A stretch of DNA of 64,000 bases from NCBI GenBank assembly GCA_008632985.1, contig QPGO01000163.1, forward strand, positions 1 through 64,000, in the 5' to 3' direction. Position numbers and translations under genes: made by a program. Below are positions 37,994 to 49,684 of this stretch, one piece after another. The notes beneath the pieces were generated by a model. The model was not told the DNA's origin and ran no database searches. It saw only the letters and a program-made list of their open reading frames with translations. The stretch's first letter is position 1, and every line of letters starts with the position of its first letter. Origin of the DNA: Psammoneis japonica. Lineage: Eukaryota.

Positions 37994-40224
37994 TGTGGTG
38001 TATCTCACGTCAGAAACATGGTGATACATAAAACTTGTGATTACAACGGCGGTCGGGCAAGCATCGCGATTCGCGATTTTCGATCGCGGATGCGACAGGT
38101 AATGGCGGCGCGGGATCATCGTCGTGTCACGTCCGTGTCGCGGATGCCGGTGCCGGGCGGCGGCGCATGATGTTGAGCTCGAATTTTGCCTGGAAGCGCC
38201 TTGAGTCGAGTCGTCTTTCTGTGCATTCACGCAGCTTTTTGCACCAGTTGGCTGGTGCAGTGATGTTGTTTGCCAGCCCCAGCGAGCTCTTTCTTGGCAT
38301 TCTTCATGACTGACCCATACAGACCCATCTCAGAGACCTCCGAGCCTGGATGCCTGGCCTTGAGAAAGACCCAGTGGGGTGCTGGGCCAGCAGACACAGA
38401 TGAGCACAACAAAAGGCGAAAAAGATGCCACTGAGAGGGTGCAGGGACAAGCGGCACAAGTGACACGGAACAAAATGACCAGCCATCATGAAGACCTGTC
38501 TGTTGGAGCTTGCACACCAAAGCATGCATGCAGACACTGGGCACAAGTGTGTTGTGGCACCGGAAACAAACTGCTGCGCCTGACCTTGAGCTCAAACCAA
38601 AAAAGAAGAAGCTGCCAACAAGAGGGCAGAGGAACAAGTGGTGCAAGTGACAAGGAACAAGATGACCAGCTGCCTCACACCAGGCACTCAGATGCACACA
38701 CTGTGCACTTGGCACGCAAGTGCGTTGATGCACCAGAGACCTTCAAACCAGGTTGCAAGGAGAGGAAAAAGACACCATTGAGAGGGTCAAAAGGAATTGG
38801 AAGGACAAACAACAAAGGACAAGGCCCCCAAGTGCAAGCCATGTTGGGCTCTCTCTGTCTCTCTCCATCTCTCTCTCTCAATGTTGTGGCAATGCCACTT
38901 TTGTGCAGAGAGAGCAGCCAGTGCAGTCGCGGTGCCACAGCAACATCAGGCTTGTTTTTTGACCGCCCTGCTGGATTTTTTTGGCAAGTCACTTGGCCTT
39001 GCTGGTTTGTTTTGCCACGATCAAGAGCACAAGAGGACTGCACCCCCTTGCAGAGCTGACAAGAGGTGAACAAGACCCCCAAACCATGTTGTGTCGGTTG
39101 GATGTCCCAATCAGACTCCCAAGGACAAACTGACAAATGTGGGAAAAAGTGCAACCTCAACACTGACAAAAGCTGCAATCAGGGCTGCTTCTTCTCACAG
39201 ATGTCCTTGTGGACCTTGCAGAACTGTGAAAGACCAGCAGTTTGGGGCAGATGTGGGGCAGCAAACTTGGTGTGCATGTGGCAGGGCTGGAGTTGGGGCA
39301 TGCTGCATGTGTGCAAGATGCGTGGAGCAGCATGAAAGCCTGGGTTGGGAGGCTGAACAAATGTGTCCATCAACAAGAATCCTTGGACAGATCAGAGAAC
39401 AATTGCCAAACTCAACTTGAAATTGTTGTGTTGTGCCCAGCAACAAGGAAGTCCTGTGTGTGCTTCCACTGGTGCAATGCAGGGCGACAATGTTCTTGGG
39501 CACTCAATGGATTGGACAATGAGCAAGACTGTTGTGCGGCAGGAATCTCTGCTGTGGCCACCAGTGATGCCACTTTCCCACATCTGCAGGTTGTCTGCAG
39601 TGATGCTGATCCTGCAGAAGCATGCATTGGAAAATGTGGCTCCCAGCGCAAGATGTTCGATGGGGGCTGCTGAAGTTCCATGTGATCAAGTCACAGCACA
39701 ACTGGCCATTGCACAAGTGACACACATTGTGTGAAGGGACTGCACAGGATCTGCGCAGTGCTGAGTGTTGCTGGTTCCATGTGAGGACTCAAGCTCTGCA
39801 TCATGTCTCACTGTCATGCATGCCGGCACATGTGCTTCACATGAAAACAGTTTTGCAATTTTGCACAACACCAGAGATCTCTGCTCAAGCACTTGGACCC
39901 CATTCCTGCACAGGTCAGTTCATCTGACAGAGATTAAAGCTCTAAAGAGCAGATGAGTTTTCGTGCACAGAGACCGTCACAGGAGACCAGAGATGCTCGT
40001 CAAGACATGTCGGCCCTGTTGCACCATCATTGGCTCAAGAGCAAAACTGTGCAGCGCGACAATGCACAGAGCCAAGAGCACACATGCCAGGTGTGTCCTT
40101 GTGGTCCTGGCACTGGAGCACCACTTGTGTTTTGTGGTGTCAGTCTCTGCTGCATGTTCAGCCCAGTGTCAAACTGGTTTGAACAAAGCTTTGCTTTTCT
40201 CCCTCAAATTGACATTGCAGCAAC

Positions 40225-40770
40225 CATTCTCATTTGCACTCCACAACTCTTGGCTCTGTGTCTCTTCTTCATGTTTCAGGTGGTTTGCAGCAAAGGTCCA
40301 AATTGCCGTGCTGAGGGTCCATCTTTTAGAATGCATTGACTGGTGTTGCAACGGTTGTGAAAACAGCAGCAGCTCACATTGCCTTGGCGCTTGCTCTGAA
40401 GACATTGTTCTTGCTCTGCAAGAGCACTCTTTTTGCCTGGCACAACCAAGGAACATCAGCAATGCTGCAATGAATGCAGCTGAAGAATGATGCTTTGCAT
40501 TTTCATCTGAAACAAAGAGTCTCCTGGTGTTGGCAACAGAAGACCCAACTGTTGCATGTGCAGAGGAGGAGTGCATTCCCAGCAATCACAAGGAAACATT
40601 CCACTGCACTTCAGTGTCTGATGCTTGTCAGATGCCAAACTGCTGGCACATTCCCATTGCAGCTGGAGACTGCTGTGATGGCATGAAGCATCTGTGCAGT
40701 GGTTTGTTTGATGGCACAAATGTTCACATCTTGAGGCATTTGAGGAGCGAGGAATTTGCACAGGATGCAT
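40225..40770 (+). pseudogene. Hypermutated 5' copy of the 48086 oxygenase/F-box/SUMO-like gene (or of a close paralog)
   Basis: Aligns to ~48000-48545; nearly all TA and CG are converted to TG/CA. Confidence 0.92.
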
Positions 40771-40974
40771 GCCTGGGATGTCCTTGAATGGGGGAGCTCT
40801 GGTCATTCCAATGAAGTGTCAGCTAAAAATGACAATGTTTTTTGGACAAACAATGAAAACAACATCAACAACCCATGGATGATGGGCGATGACAACAAGG
40901 GCACTTTGGCTTGCCCCAGGATGAAATGAACAGCCCAGCTGCTGAGGAAAAACATGTTAAAACAAGCAAGACAC

Positions 40975-41645
40975 CCTCCAGACCAGCCACTGAAATGATG
41001 ATGACAAGCATTTGCCAACATGTTGCTCCAGCTGTTGCAGCCAATCCCTGGAAAGAGGCGGAAAAGACAGAGGCTGCTTCACCTGCCTCCAACCAGGATC
41101 ATGTTTGTGAAGCCAAAGCATCCCTGGGAGTGGTCAGTCCAGTGGCTGCAGTCACGCCCTCACCAAAGGTCAGACACTCTGCAAAAAAAAAAGGTCTTTC
41201 TGAATTTGAGGCCGCCGAGTGGGGGGTGAGTGCCCAGTGCACACATGATGAGCAACAGCATGACAAGCAACAGCAGCAAGCCTGGGTTGATGACGATGCA
41301 TTGGTTGATCATGAAGAGGCCTGCCACATCCTCCAGACCAGCCACTGAAATGACCATGATGGACATTTGCCCCCATGTTGGTCCAGCCATTGCAGCCAAT
41401 CCTTCAAATGATGCAGAAAAGATTGAGGCCACTTCACCTGCCCCCAGCCAGGATCGTTCTTGTGAAGCTGACCAAGGCAGCAAGAAGCATTGGACAGATC
41501 ATGATGGCAAGTTTTTGAGGAGTGAGATTGTCACAGTGGCCTCCACGGGAGTGGTCAGCACAGTGGCTGTGGCCACGCCCTCACCAGAGGTCAGATGTTC
41601 TGCAGAAAAAAGGCTTTCTGAATTTGAGGCCGCCAGGTGGGGGAT
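40975..41645 (+). repeat. Diverged internal duplication (~250-300 bp x2) in a decayed ORF
   Basis: 'cctccagaccagccactgaaatga...gcagccaatcc...ggtctttctgaatttgaggccgcc' at ~40976 and ~41330. Confidence 0.75.
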
Positions 41646-43303
41646 TTGTGCTTGGCACAGCCACACCCTCTAGAATTTGTGGTGGAGGGCAACCTCATCT
41701 TTGTCAAAGTGCTTTGGCCCAAAAGCAGTGCCATTTGAGTGAGACCAAGAAGAAACAGGTGGTGGGTGACGACTGTGACACAGACAAAGACAACTGTTTG
41801 GTTTGGGTGCTGGTCACTTCAAACGGGTGCTTTGACAGCACTCCTCTGGAGGCACTTGCCAATTTGCAGCCCAAGGTCAAGCACCTGTTTTTGGAAATGC
41901 AAATGAGCTCAGTGGATGAGGCCTGTGACATTGAGTGGTCATTTGAGCTGTTTTTCAAGCACAGGGCAAAGGCAAGGCACCTGAAGATCATCATGGGCAA
42001 TCAAAGAGGGGGGTGGGATTGTTGCGCGACTTGCCTTGGTGATGGAGTTTGAAAACATGAGAGTTGAATTTGACAGAGGTGTGTTCAGGCTGGCTGAAAA
42101 AGAAGAGGGTGATTCATGTCAAGATGGTGTGAAGAGTGCCGGCAAGTGCAAGCAACAACAGCATCTAACTCCACTCCAAACTTGCCCTTTTTGTGGGTCA
42201 GCTCACACAACACGCATTGAAAAGTGGAGATTGGTGGCCAAGCAAACATGTGATCCAGCAGTGCTGCTCGTGGCCCAAGACATCAAGGTGGTCAATGGAG
42301 CCATGCTCAAGTTGGTTTTGGGAACGGCCAAAAAAACAAGCACAGCTGCCTTTGTGGACCAGTGTTGAAAAGTGCCAATCCCCTGGTGAGGGAGTCTGTT
42401 GAAATGCAGCAACGGACACATCCTCTACAGCACCTGTGTGCAGGGTTACCGAACTGCAAGACTGGTCCGAGTCAGATGGCTTTCGACAGCTTTGGGCAGG
42501 TGGTGCTAATCTGGACAAACACAACAAGAAGGAACCGGCCACAAGTTCAAGCTGGTTTACTCTTGGGGTTCATTCCTGGGCATGTTATGTGAAAAGACTA
42601 GAGTGTAGTTTCTCGATTTGTGCTGTAAAAACTGCATCTTATTCGGCATTTCTCCTTTTTTTATGAAATGATCAAGTCGCTCCACTTCTTGCCTAACGAT
42701 TGGATAATTGCAAACACCATCGCCATCCATAGAATGACGTAACCAGCATCGAGATGATGTGCGAAACAACTGCACATGAACACAAAGCAAAAGAAATGTT
42801 TAAAAGACATGAAGCGCTGAATGGCATTTCATCGAAAATTCGAAAAACTTGATGGCACTGTCGGCAGACTGTCGGGCTCTTCTCTTGTGAACAACGACGC
42901 GAGGGATGGACGAAAGAATCGCAGTCGAGTCAACAAGAGTATGAACTCGAATAGCGCCTATGTCGTCAAATGCTTGCTACTAGAGTGTGTGCATCAGGTT
43001 CCGTCAAAAATAGTATTTTCCCATGATTATAACATGTAAACTGTCTAAGAACTACATGCAACTCATGCGATAAATTTTTCAGGTTCTTGTTTTCTGGTGT
43101 CGGGCACTTCTCAATATCGCCGAGACGCCGCCTTGCACTTCCTAAAAAAAATGATCCCCATGTATACTGTGCATCCGTGTAGTATTTTTTCTCGTTTTGC
43201 TTGGTTTTCGTTCATAAGTTTTCCTCATGTCGTTGAGACATCCTTTCTGCTGTCGCAAGCCCTTGTAGCCCGCAAAAACACTCGTTTGATTCCGCTTGAT
43301 GTT

Positions 43304-44197
43304 TTACTTTTTATTTCGAAGGCGCCGTTTCACCGTCTCTTTTACCTTGGTAGAGTCCATAACGAAGTAGCCATGAACCTCCTCCTCGTCGTCCTCCTTG
43401 TCCTCCTTGTCAAGAAGGCGCAAATTTTTTGCAATAACGGCCTTGAAAGCTTGTTCACTCTTTTCTGCCTTTCTCTTTCTTTTCCCTTCAGGGATGGCCT
43501 GGTATTCATCCCTGAACGAATCGACCACTTGACGGAACATAATGTTCCCGAAATGGTGATTGGTGAGCCCACCTCGGCCGGGGAGAACATCAGTGTCCTG
43601 AACATCTTCAGCCTGAATATACTCCCGAGACTTGTCGTCCTTGGGAGAAGGACCAACGGCTGAGGCTGCTGCTACGGATGAATCATTGCGACCTTGTGCC
43701 ATTTGCAGCGAGTCGTCGTCAACCTTGGAGGGACTAGCAGCTGCTGCTGCATTACGACCCAGATTGAGACGTCGAGCGATTTCTTGTTCGATTTCTTGTC
43801 GATATTTTTGCAGCTCATCCAAGCTACATGCGTCAAGGTCAACCGAAATTGCCCGTGACTGACGGTCTTGAGGGTTCGCACCACCATTTGCGACGGACGC
43901 TAGAGGCGCTGGAGCTTTCTTTGGAACGCTGTCAAGCATTTCTTTTTGTGCCGCCTGGTCTTGAGTGGGCACTGTAGCTTGACCAGCAGCGCCAGCGTTA
44001 TTCGTTGCGGCGGTGCGGATGGCATTTTTCACGGAAACGTTATTCATCGAAGCTTCATGTTCTCGATGCATTCCAACTTTCTTGGGTTCGTAAAACAAGC
44101 CATTGACAAAGTCTGCATACTCTTGATTAATTGCGAGGCAGGCTTTACAGCTCTCTCGCGGCCTCTCATGTATACTGCAACCATAAAGCGCGGACAT
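43304..44197 (-). CDS. DUF6824-like domain protein
   Basis: 'DVLPGRGGLTNHHFGNIMFRQVVDSFRDEYQ' motif; intact ORF with normal composition. Confidence 0.75.
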   Translation of the reverse strand: MSALYGCSIHERPRESCKACLAINQEYADFVNGLFYEPKKVGMHREHEASMNNVSVKNAIRTAATNNAGAAGQATVPTQDQAAQKEMLDSVPKKAPAPLASVANGGANPQDRQSRAISVDLDACSLDELQKYRQEIEQEIARRLNLGRNAAAAASPSKVDDDSLQMAQGRNDSSVAAASAVGPSPKDDKSREYIQAEDVQDTDVLPGRGGLTNHHFGNIMFRQVVDSFRDEYQAIPEGKRKRKAEKSEQAFKAVIAKNLRLLDKEDKEDDEEEVHGYFVMDSTKVKETVKRRLRNKK

Positions 44198-45439
44198 GGC
44201 GGAAGCGATGTGATGTTTTGGAGTTTGAGATTGCAAATTCTGTCAGGTCCAATCCCACTTCACATAATAGAGTCTACGGTATCTCGAGTAGTAGCTGACT
44301 CGTGAATAATCTGCGTATCGTACGTAGAATCAGTACCAAACACGTCGAAATTCCCGCCATTTTCTGAAAAGGACATAGACAGATTCCCTCAACTGACTTT
44401 TTTTGAAAGGTGGAAGTATTATGTTCTTGTAAAAAGGATCCAATCAAGCTTCTGAGGGAATCTCACCTTCGACCACGGGTGTCCCCACCTCACGAATGAG
44501 CCGTGTTCCGTCATGCCGCGCGCAAAACGCACAAGGCACGGGCGGCAGCCAATCCGTTGTTTTTTTTTTTTTCTCTGTTGAGCATTGCGTTTAAATGAGG
44601 TTGTTTGCAGTTGTTTGTTTCAAACACAAGAATTGTTCAACTGCCCACAAAAATGAGAACATCAGACAACACGTGATTGAAGCACGACAATGACTGTCAT
44701 TGCGCTGGTGTCTCTCAAAATTGGCCCAGTGGTGGCGCAAGGGGCGAAAGCAGCACACGAGTCAGTCTGGGCTGCATCACGACAATGAAACCAATGAGCA
44801 TCCCTGGTGGTGAGATAACACTTGACAACTTGCCACTTGTCATGAACATCATTGTTGTTGCTTGTGCTTTTGTCATGTCATTTTCTGTCACGACCCATTA
44901 AAAACGTGAAAAAGCTGCTGGAAAAGACGTGCGAAAAAAGCCAAGGCCCCCCTTGACATGCCGCACATGGGACACCAACAAAAATGACTGAATTTGGTCA
45001 TGAAAATTGTTGCAGCATTGTTTGTGCTAAGTTGAAGATTTTGCTCATCTGTGCAACCAAGCAACAATGGAGACGTTTGAGACACTTTCTTTCAAAGCCA
45101 TGACTGGAAACATCTGAGCACATGTTTTTCGGATGTTTTGCTCATCAAGGGGGGGTCACATGCTGTTTTTAGCTTAGTTTGCTTTGGCCAATCAACAGCT
45201 TGTCATTTGCATTGTTTTTCCTGAATTTCACCACACTTTGCCATGGCAAAAACATCAAGCCACAAGTCGGTGATTGCAGTGTGGTGTGTCTGCCAACTCT
45301 TGTTTTTGTTTTGCATTCGTTGTGTGCCAAAGGCCACATGCACACATGTCAAACATTTGTGGATGGACCAGTGCATTTTAGAGACAAATGTTCAGATTGC
45401 TGTCATCATTGTGCTTTGATCATGGTGCCTGATGTTCTC

Positions 45440-45975
45440 ACATGAGAAATCAAGCACATCACATGAGCACAACAGATGCTGCTACATCCCACTGCAGCAC
45501 CGCGCAACACAGCACACACAACATTGTGCAATCACACATCACAGAACACACTGCAACATTGCAAATTGTGCACTTCACCCTGTTCAAAGGGACTCATGAC
45601 ACCGGCATCTACGTTCAGGCAGGGATCAATTTTGATGGCTGTGACAGACAATCCACAACTCTTGAGCAAATGTCCCACGCTGGAAATTGTGACACCCTTT
45701 CCCAAACCAGACACAACAACACCCGTCATGACAATGCATTTCATGATTTTGAAAATGGAAGAGATGACAATGACAAAAAGAAGAGCAGCTGCAATGTGAC
45801 AACAACAACAACGACAGATCTCATTTCCCAGAATTTTAAAAATTGGCGCACGGCGGAAATGATGAATTTCGGAAATTTTAGATGATCATTGTCATTCAAA
45901 TGCATGTCATGCATGAAAACATTGACACTGTAAAAAGCCACAAACATGAAGGATTGGATTGCTTGTTTGAAAATC
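45440..45975 (-). pseudogene. Second hypermutated copy of the CTP synthase 5' end (upstream region, exon 1, part of intron 1)
   Basis: [57 protein letters not shown]. Confidence 0.9.
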
Positions 45976-46432
45976 ACGCACAAAATTGGTGTGCAGTGGA
46001 CACCACAACCTTGCTCGCTCGGATTCATTGCCAGCTGGTGCAAAAGCATGTTGCACCTTGAGGCATTCTTTCTTTTTTCAGCACACCAAAGCCACAACAA
46101 GGCAGACAGTGCAGATGAGCATGTTGCTGGCTGAGCTTCTGCATTCTTGTCAAGAAGCTCTGTGTTTGGATGGCACCACTGCCCCCACACACAGCACATG
46201 ATGATGGCGCAATGCACACATCAGAGCACAAGTTTTCTTGTTGAGAGATCAAGATGCTGCCTCTGTCTCACAGTGTTTTTTGACTTTTTTGTGTGAGTGA
46301 CAAATCAGTGCCACACAACAGATGGCCAGTGTTGTGCACACCATGTGCTGGCGACAACTTTTAAACTGTGATGACAGATGACACCATCATGGTTGTTGCT
46401 GCAGTGTCTGGCCCCCCTTCCCATGAGAAAAC

Positions 46433-47046
46433 ATGCCAACCCCATTGTGCATTGAAAACAAATCAGCAATCAAGATCATCAATCATTCGATTCTGACCGA
46501 GCGCTCCCGTCACATTGAGACCCAGTTTTTTGAGATCCAAGAATGGAAGGAAGCGGGCAAGATTGTCGCAAGACATGTTCCTGGCATTGTCAACCCCAGC
46601 AATGACCTTGCCAAAGCTCTTAGCTGGGTGCCACATGCTCACCACGCTCAATGCATGATGGGACACTGCTGTTGATGTTTTTTCCGTGGTGGCCCCCCTG
46701 CTGTGCATTGCCCTCCCGCATGATTGCGTGCTGGGCATGGACACCAATTTTGTGTCCTGTGTCTGGTCTCTCTGTTTTTTTACATCATCCCTTTCCTTTG
46801 GTTTGATCTGCACCACTCTCTAAGTTGAGATGTTGCAGATCAGGGGAGGGTGTCAGCCTGCCCATCTGCGCATCGCACGATGGACAGACTGAATGTGGAT
46901 GATGGCTGGACGATTTTAGATGGACGAGCAGATCTCTCTGAGATCTGCCTCTCACTTTCTTCTGCCAGTGCTCGTGTTGTCACAGTCCTGGTGCTTGGGG
47001 AGTCTTTCATGCCTCTGTCATCTCTTGCCTTCGGTGTTCTGTCACA
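46433..47046 (+). mobile_element. Ty1/copia 3' remnant: RNase H end, polypurine tract, putative 3' LTR
   Basis: PTPLCIENKSAI..TERSRHIE..FFEIQEW...NPSNDLAKAL; PPT AGGGGAGGG (46842-46850) followed by TG at 46851; LTR end uncertain. Confidence 0.75.
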
Positions 47047-47188
47047 GAGAGCTTGGATTTATGAGCACGGCGGCAGGAGGTTTCAGCACAGCGTGCGTGC
47101 GTGCGCGCGCATGATTAGCCTCTCCGCTTGTCAGCCGTCCGAACCAGCCTTAGACGGTTGGGCGGTGCGCGCAGGGGCCGAGTTGGGC

Positions 47189-47416
47189 GGGGGAAGTCTC
47201 CAGTCAGCTGCTGGCTGAAGAATCTTGTGTAGAATTTGTACTGAAAGAGTCTGTCAATCTGTGCGTTAGGGATTTTTGGTGAACGCTGGACAGACTCGTC
47301 GTCTTTCGCGTAGGCGGGCAGGCTAAAAATTCTGGTGGCCAAACCCCCAAACGCACTGACGAGCAGACTTTTTTCAGCCAGCGCTGGCTGGCCAGCGCTG
47401 GCTGGAGATTTCCCCC
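47189..47416. mobile_element. ~220-bp MITE, family B
   Basis: Imperfect TIRs GGGGGAAGTCTCCAG / CTGGAGATTTCCCCC; inverted copy at 58093-58299. Confidence 0.75.
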
Positions 47417-47421
47417 ATAGT

Positions 47422-47940
47422 CTCTAGCTACCGGAGGTATGTAAATAGTAGCGAAGTTATTTTTGCTATTGAAAAATCTCGACACCAAAAATACTTATCG
47501 AAAATCGGCTTTCGTCAGTCACTAAAACACACCCAGTTGCAGCGACTGACGAAAGCCTTTTTTCGATATCTTCAGTTGTAAGAGCTGTAGAGCAAGAGCA
47601 AAGTATAGAAACAAGGTGTCCCATAAGTAGTTTATATAGTATACAATCCTGTATGAGATTTCGGAACTCCGGATTAAATGTCAAATTTATGATACGACTA
47701 ATGTTTGTATATAAATACAAAAATCAATTAGAAAAAGGCGAATATAACCGTTATTTTTCCTTAAATAAATACCAAATTTTCAACGACAAACATTCGCTTT
47801 CCGCTCACTCCGACCGATACAACATGCGTTTGACCTTGTTCAGCTCGTCGAGAGCTTTCCACCGATATATGGGTCTTGGGGTCTGCGAGGCGATCCTGAA
47901 AAAAAGTTCGCTACTATTCACATACCTCCGGTAGCTAGAG
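47422..47940. mobile_element. 519-bp AT-rich MITE with 34-bp TIRs
   Basis: CTCTAGCTACCGGAGGTATGTAAATAGTAGCGAA versus the reverse complement of the right end, 1 mismatch; TSD ambiguous. Confidence 0.85.
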
Positions 47941-48085
47941 TAGCGTGTTCTCTCAAAAGCTTCACAAATTGTCACGCAACACGCAACCGTTTCACCGTTC
48001 TCGTCATTTGAACTCCCACACCTGGCTCTGTGCCTCTTCTTTACATTTCATCTAGCTAGAGTTTGCAGCAAAGGTCCAAATTACC

Positions 48086-49684
48086 ATGCTGAGGGTCCAT
48101 CCGTTAGAAAGCATTGGCTGGTTTCGCGAGGGTCGCACCAACAGAAGAGGTTCACATTACCGTAGTGCTTGCTCCGAAGATATTGTTCTTGCTCTGCAAG
48201 AGCATTCTTTTTGCCTGGTGCAACCGAGGAACGTTAGTAATGCTGCGATGGATGTAGCTGAAGAACGAAGATTTGCGTTTTCATCTGAAACAAAGAGTCT
48301 CCTGATATCGGCAACAAGAGACCCAACTGCATGTGCAGAGGAGGGATACGTTCCCAGCAATCACAAGGAAATGTTCCACTTCACTTCAAAATCTGACTCT
48401 TGTCAGGTGCCGAACTACTGGCATATTCCCACTGCGGCTGGAGACTGCTATGACAGCATGAAGCGTCTATGTAGCGGTTTGTTTGATGGCATAAATGTTC
48501 ACGTCTTGAGGCATTTGAGGAGCAAGGAATTTGCACAGGATGCATTCCCAAACGACGATGAGTACCTCGCATGGATAAATGCACACAACGACTCGGACAA
48601 GCATCTCTTGACAAGCTTTCTGTACCACGAGTCCAATCCAGATCACCTCCATGCTGCTGCTCACGTTGACAGAGGCTTGATATCCGTGTGTGCCAATCCA
48701 AATGATCTGCAAGTTCGAGTCCGCGGCGAGTGGATTGATCTTGGTCCTCAGCCACCGGGTGTCTATGCTGTGTTATGCGGGTACACCCTCGAACGTGTTA
48801 CTGGAGGTGTATTCCGTGCCGTGAGTCACCGGGTTCAAAACCGAGGCGAACGACGCTCCCGCGTTTTCAAGGTCCGACTGGATCCCTCTCTTTTGGTACG
48901 ACCTGCCTCCGTGGTGGCGTTCGTGTCGCCTGCTCACAGAGCACACTTACCGCAAGACAACATTGGTGTACAGGGTGCGGTTCGCGTTGGTGAGCTCATG
49001 GAGCAATTCGATCGTTACTACACGAGCGTCAATGCACCCTCCAACAACAGAAATTTGCCACTGTTGAGCAACGGGCCAGGAACCCTTTCTGCAGGGCTTC
49101 CATCACCAGATGAGTCCGCAGGGATCCTTTCCACCCTTCCGATTGACCTCTTGCTTAGGGTTCTCGATTGGCTTCGTGATCTTGGTGATTTGGCTCGCCT
49201 GAGTCAGACATGTCAGTCCCTAAAACGCATTGCCGGGATGGAGGCTCTTTGCATCCCCGCAGCAGAGTCCTCTCATGTTGATTGGGGAGCTGCTCTCGAT
49301 CAGATTGATCTTGGCGTGCCTTCTCTCTCTAGACTACAGGATGACAATGCTGAATCAATGTCGCCTAGAGCTCTTTTAGCGTCCGTGTCAAATCGTTGGC
49401 TACCAATTCTTGGTGCTGAAATGACAGATAAGGAAGCAAGGGACAGCAGATTTCTTCAAATTCGATTTCGAGATATGACGGGAGAAGAGACTTTCTTCCG
49501 CATTCGATACAACACCAGAATGAATAGATTGATGATGAAGTATGCCCAGAGGAAAGGTGTGAGTGTTGGGTCCCTCCGTTTCCTTTGGGAAGGTGAGCGA
49601 ATTGAAGAAGACTGGACTTGCGCCAGTATGGAACTTCTCATGAACGATCAGGTTGATGCAGTGTTGGAACGGAGGGGAGATTAA
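48086..49684 (+). CDS. 2OG-Fe(II) oxygenase-like + F-box-like + C-terminal SUMO/Rad60-like domain protein (532 aa)
   Basis: HVDRGLISV...HRVQN...RRSRVF (HxD..H..RxS). LSTLPIDLLLRVLDWL..DLARLSQTCQSL. GEETFFRIRYNTRMNRLMMKYAQRKGVSVGSLRFLWEGERI...DQVDAVLERRGD. Confidence 0.8.
   Translation: MLRVHPLESIGWFREGRTNRRGSHYRSACSEDIVLALQEHSFCLVQPRNVSNAAMDVAEERRFAFSSETKSLLISATRDPTACAEEGYVPSNHKEMFHFTSKSDSCQVPNYWHIPTAAGDCYDSMKRLCSGLFDGINVHVLRHLRSKEFAQDAFPNDDEYLAWINAHNDSDKHLLTSFLYHESNPDHLHAAAHVDRGLISVCANPNDLQVRVRGEWIDLGPQPPGVYAVLCGYTLERVTGGVFRAVSHRVQNRGERRSRVFKVRLDPSLLVRPASVVAFVSPAHRAHLPQDNIGVQGAVRVGELMEQFDRYYTSVNAPSNNRNLPLLSNGPGTLSAGLPSPDESAGILSTLPIDLLLRVLDWLRDLGDLARLSQTCQSLKRIAGMEALCIPAAESSHVDWGAALDQIDLGVPSLSRLQDDNAESMSPRALLASVSNRWLPILGAEMTDKEARDSRFLQIRFRDMTGEETFFRIRYNTRMNRLMMKYAQRKGVSVGSLRFLWEGERIEEDWTCASMELLMNDQVDAVLERRGD

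Noticed and set aside
40225..40770. Classical RIP as the explanation
   Set aside because: Polarity is opposite: the intact gene has TA with conserved Tyr and the dead copy has TG/CA, whereas RIP would enrich TpA
48086..49684. The 2OG oxygenase as the enzyme causing the TA conversion
   Set aside because: Only proximity supports it; its motifs look like small-molecule (IPNS-like) oxygenases rather than TET/JBP or AlkB
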